NCBI RefSeq assembly: GCF_009914755.1
Contig: NC_060930.1
DNA: 64,000 bases
Reading direction: 5' to 3' (one strand)
Origin: the human T2T-CHM13v2.0 reference genome, Homo sapiens
Made by a program: the position numbers and the translations under genes. Of the stretch, positions 58,911-64,000 are shown one piece after another. Position 1 is the first letter of the stretch, and every line of letters starts with the position of its first letter. The notes beneath the pieces are model-generated. The model had not been told where the DNA came from. It worked only from the letters and a program-made list of their open reading frames with translations, and ran no database searches.

Positions 58911-60538
58911 CATGACGTTTTAATCAGATATTTTATTCACCTCTCAAAGCTCTTGTTCCAGTGTTCACTTCCTTTGAAAAATCTGTATGAATATAGTATT
59001 CTTTTATTATTGTACTCCTGAGAGGAGGGTGTTAGCCCCTTTTTTTTGAAATGTGTGCAGAACTCCAGTGCTTAAAACTTCCACCAGAAACCATTGGTTT
59101 CTATCCCACAAGAATTCCACTGAAATGCTTCTCTTTGGAAGCCCTACTGAGCTGTTTAAACTGTGTTTCTTTAGAACTTCCAACATTTTCAGCTTTTCCT
59201 TGACTTTTTCTCTAATAGACATGCTTTAGTTAAAGCTCCTTCATTCTGAGTTGTTCTGTGAACTAGATTTCATGGTTTACTAACTCATATCCTAAATAGA
59301 ATCATCCAAAAGAACGCATAGAAACATTCTGTTGATTCCATTTTGGTTGGTATGTGACTATTAAGGGTTCTTACAGTATGGTGAATCTCAGATTCCTCAG
59401 GGGGCTCCCTGAGGCTGAGGATGATAGATCTGACGATTCACAACTCTCATCTCTTTGGGATACATTGGTCATTGTTACAGAGTTAAACTGCCCGGGCAGA
59501 TAGGAGGTTCTGGAGTTGAGGGCTGGTTTAACTGATCAGGGCATTTAACCTGTGTGGCATTGGACCTGTAAAATATGACAAATCTTTGGGCTGGAGGAAT
59601 AAGGTTCTGCAACTGTTAAATTTGATTAATGATTACCCTGTGTATGGAAAATTGATTATTACATTGGTAGCTCTCTTTATGAAGTTTTCTTTTATTCTGA
59701 GCATGGCCAATAGCAGTACTTATCCACATTCTTGAAAATCTTTCCCTTTGACTGTGACATACAAATCTTCATTGCTTACCTTGAATCTTAATATCATGCG
59801 TGAGCAAAGTGTTAGCATATTTGCTTATTTGCTCTTACTTATTTTTCAGAAGGTGCTACATAGTTTAAAAAAAAAAAGCAAAAAGGATGTGTAGTAAAAA
59901 ATCTAGTGTACTGCGTCCTAAATGACGCATCATGACCATAGACTGTCACCGCCCTTGCAAGAGGCAGCCACCGATGCCAGTTTCTTGTGTGCTCTTCCAG
60001 AGATACTTGCTGTATTGTCTTTTATTTTAAAGTGTGGCATACATACAGGAAAGTATGTAAAACATACATGGACAGCATGAAGAATCATAATTAAAACAAT
60101 CACTATTCCAAGTTATTGCTGATCCTTAGAAGCTGTCTGTGCCTCCTTGATCAGATCCCCCTTCTTCTCTCAAAAAGTAACCTCTATTCTGAGTCTTGTG
60201 ATTCCATGTCCAGCAAGGAAGCAGGGATGTTGCATCCTAAATGCCTAAGTGTTTAAGTCTAGAGACTAATTCCTTTAAGCATTGTTGGATTGTTCCTGGT
60301 GCTTTTGAACTCCAATGTAGATGTTGTCATGTAATCACTGTGCTCCTCATCTGAGCTGAAACTTTGCTTCTGCTTTAGCCATGGCATGATTTAGATATGT
60401 GAAAGATAATTCCATCTCCTTTGTAATTTAATTTATTTGTGTCATTTTAGGCATATTGCATACCTGCTAATGTAGAATGGAGATCTAGAATATGGAAGAC
60501 AGTTTAAAACATTTTAAAGCATTCAAATGTGGCATTCT

Positions 60539-60896
<358 letters not shown>

Positions 60897-60946
60897 TCAA
60901 AAGGAGAGCTTAGTCTTGTTAATTTTCATGCTTTGCTGAGGGCCTG

Positions 60947-61291
60947 TGTATTAGCCTGTTCTCACCCTGCTAATAAAGACATACCTGACACTGGGTGATT
61001 TATAAAGGAAAGAGGTTTAATTAACTCACAGTTCCACATGGCTGGGGAGGCCTCACAATCGTGGTGGAAGGCAAAGGAGGAGCAAAGTCACGTCTTGCAT
61101 GGCGGTGGGCCAGAGAGTGTGTGAGGGGAACTCCCCTTCATAAAACCATCAGAACTCGTGAGACTTATTCACTATTATGAGAGCAGCATGGGAAAAACCT
61201 TTCCCCGTGATTCAGTTACCTCCCACAATACGTGGGGATTATTACAATTCAAGGTGAGATTTGGATGGGGACACAGAGCCAAACCATATCA
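60947..61291 (-). mobile_element. THE1 (MaLR) solo LTR
   Basis: The reverse complement begins tgatatggtttggctctgtgtccccatccaaatctcacc and ends ..ctaataca; 5-bp TSD gcctg/tcctg. Confidence 0.92.
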
Positions 61292-61821
61292 TCCTGATAC
61301 AAAACAGGTCATTAATAAATATTTATTGAATAGAATTGAGCTGGAGAGTTTGTTATATGCATATTTAAGTTACTCTGCATACCATTAATATGTTTCCTCG
61401 GTTTGTAGTCCTGAAGATTAGGCTTGAGTTCAGTATTTATCTGCTTATGTGTCCTGTGCTGCAACTGTCACCCTCCTTGTCCCTCATTCAGCCCTGCTCT
61501 TTCACAATAACCACCCCAAGAAGACTTTTCAGATTTTTTTTTCATCTGCATGTAAAAAAAAGAAGAAGAAAGAAGATACTTTTATTATTTTGGTTTTGGT
61601 TCTTCTCTCTTCCCTGCTTTGCCTTCCCTTCATACATGCAGTGGTATTAGCGGTCATGTCCCCTGACCTTGGTTGAGGCAAAGCAGAGGGTGTCATATCA
61701 GTTGCAGTGGAAAGATCCTTCTCTGTCCTTGTCTGTAGCTGAACCTGCTAAGTGATATTCCCTTCTAGTATGAGGATGGAGTACAAGTTTTTGAGGTTGC
61801 ATTGCTGAAGGTAAAACCAAA

Positions 61822-61895
61822 AGAGAGAGAGAGAGAAAGAGAGAGTGAGTGTGTGTGTGTGAGAGAGAGAGGTGTGTGTGTGTGTGTGTGTGTGT
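61822..61895. repeat. Compound (GA)n(GT)n(GA)n(GT)n microsatellite
   Basis: Read directly. Confidence 0.95.
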
Positions 61896-63347
61896 AACTA
61901 TTCTTTTGAAGATGACTTGGAACTATTCCTAAGTAACCTCCTGTCTGGCATTCACTAATTTCACCTGGCCAACTCCAGCAATGCTGATCTTAGGATATCT
62001 TATTGTATAGCTTATATTCCAAATATTGGAGGAAAGAGAGGGAGTTTGGAAAGAAGTTTTAGTTTAGAGAGCTCTTAAAGTACTCTTGGCTCATCATTCT
62101 TTAAATTCCAAAAATGACTAATTTGTGGGGATACATAATTAAGGAAGAAAAGGTTTTGTGAGGGAAAGGAGTAGCAGGGAGTGCTGAGAGCTTGGCGTAT
62201 GTATTGGAAAATTGTGGTAACTTAACAGGTAATCAAGGATGTTGAGAGAGGTGCTTGTCATCATTTCAAAAGAGCGTAGAATATTTTATTTCATTTTGTC
62301 TACTGTGGATCGGTTCTCCTCTCATTTACTTCTTTTCACATTTCATATTTGGGAGGGCTTTGGGCTCTATCTTCTATTTCCTTCTATTAAAAAAAGTTTT
62401 ATAAGTTATTCCACTTGGCATTCGGAACACAATAATGTCATACTTCACTGAGGCATACTAATGCTCTGGAAAGAAAGAAAAAGAAGGAAAATTAATTTAG
62501 AGGGAATGGAGGCTAAATTTTCCATGGTGAAGAAATTCTGACCTTTTCTGAGTTATCGTAAAAGACTGACATTGCTACCCTTTGGATGTTAAGAAAAAGT
62601 CTTTCAGATACCTTGGCTTGTAAGGGACCTGGGAAGCGCCAGGGTCCATCAAAAATGTAAAGACATTTATTAGAACATGCATATCCGAAAGCTTTCTGAA
62701 TTCTGTGGGGACCATCTAGCTTTTACATGATCTTGAGGGAACCAAAGTTGTACTGAGAAAACCCAGTTTCCTCTTAATTCCATCCTATGTGAAAACAACT
62801 TAAGTCTCAACTGCACTAAGTTATGAAAATGGATCCTCTTTTTTTAACATTTGGTTTTTGGTTATTCATATTGTCTATATTCTGTTCTATAATTGTATCC
62901 AAGTGTTAAAATATATTTTATAAATATACTGACACTGAAAAAGAAATCAAAAGCTGAGAAACGTTTGTGAATATGGCTGGAGAGTCTCAGTAAGATGGGG
63001 GACATCTCCTCAAATTGAAGATCTGGGAAGTAAGTAATAGAAACTTACAGACAGATTGAGGTGCAGTTTTTTTTCTACTTTTTTTTCCTGAAAATTTCAG
63101 AAATATGAGAAGTGAAATAATAGCAAACATGACTCAGACCTTTATAAATTGTCTTTCTTGACAGCAGAGATGTACAATTTTGTAAAATATTGTCCTCAGT
63201 CTTGAACTGCAGAAACTCCTTTCTCTGATACCTGCGGTCTTATTTAATTTTTACATCTTAACAGCAAGAGCATACCCGTGATTTGTTTTCACAAATGTTA
63301 GAAATACTGTGTAAGAATAGACTTATTTTTATATTGTAAACTTTTAC

Positions 63348-63672
<325 letters not shown>

Positions 63673-63837
63673 TAAACAACCAATAATATTTGGCATAATT
63701 TAGTATTTTGCCAGTGCTTCATTGCTTATGTGCAATGAGGCATTTAACAAAATAAATTGGACATATATATTTATAATTATTTTACCTATTCCGTCAGATA
63801 GTACATTTCTTAAGGAGTAAGGAAACTTGAAATATAA

Positions 63838-64000
<163 letters not shown>

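Overview
Primate (human-like) genomic DNA from inside the utrophin gene (UTRN), transcribed on the + strand. The window holds one internal coding exon (7712-7901, 190 nt, spectrin-repeat rod domain, paralogous to dystrophin DMD exon 55). It is followed by more than 56 kb of the next intron. About 6 kb into that intron is an alternative first coding exon missed by the ORF track. Its ORF 14079-14222 encodes a 48-aa basic peptide and ends at a phase-0 donor, matching my recollection of the unique N-terminus of G-utrophin/Up113, the utrophin counterpart of Dp116. Its leader contains a chain of uORFs linked by overlapping stop/start codons (ATGA, then TAATG on the main ATG). The rest is intronic repeat landscape: about 16 Alus, L1PA/L1MA/older L1M, L2, MIR, solo LTRs (MLT1, MER51, MER4, MLT2, THE1), a near full-length Tigger1 with nested MER82-like and Alu insertions, MER44A, MER81 and an ancient RTE-X/L4-like RT fossil. 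Non-repeat oddities include a 47-bp hairpin inside a templated-copy patchwork upstream of the exon and a templated insertion in an L1 3'UTR. Repeat subfamily names come from remembered consensus sequences, not from a search. Boundaries of old repeats are approximate.
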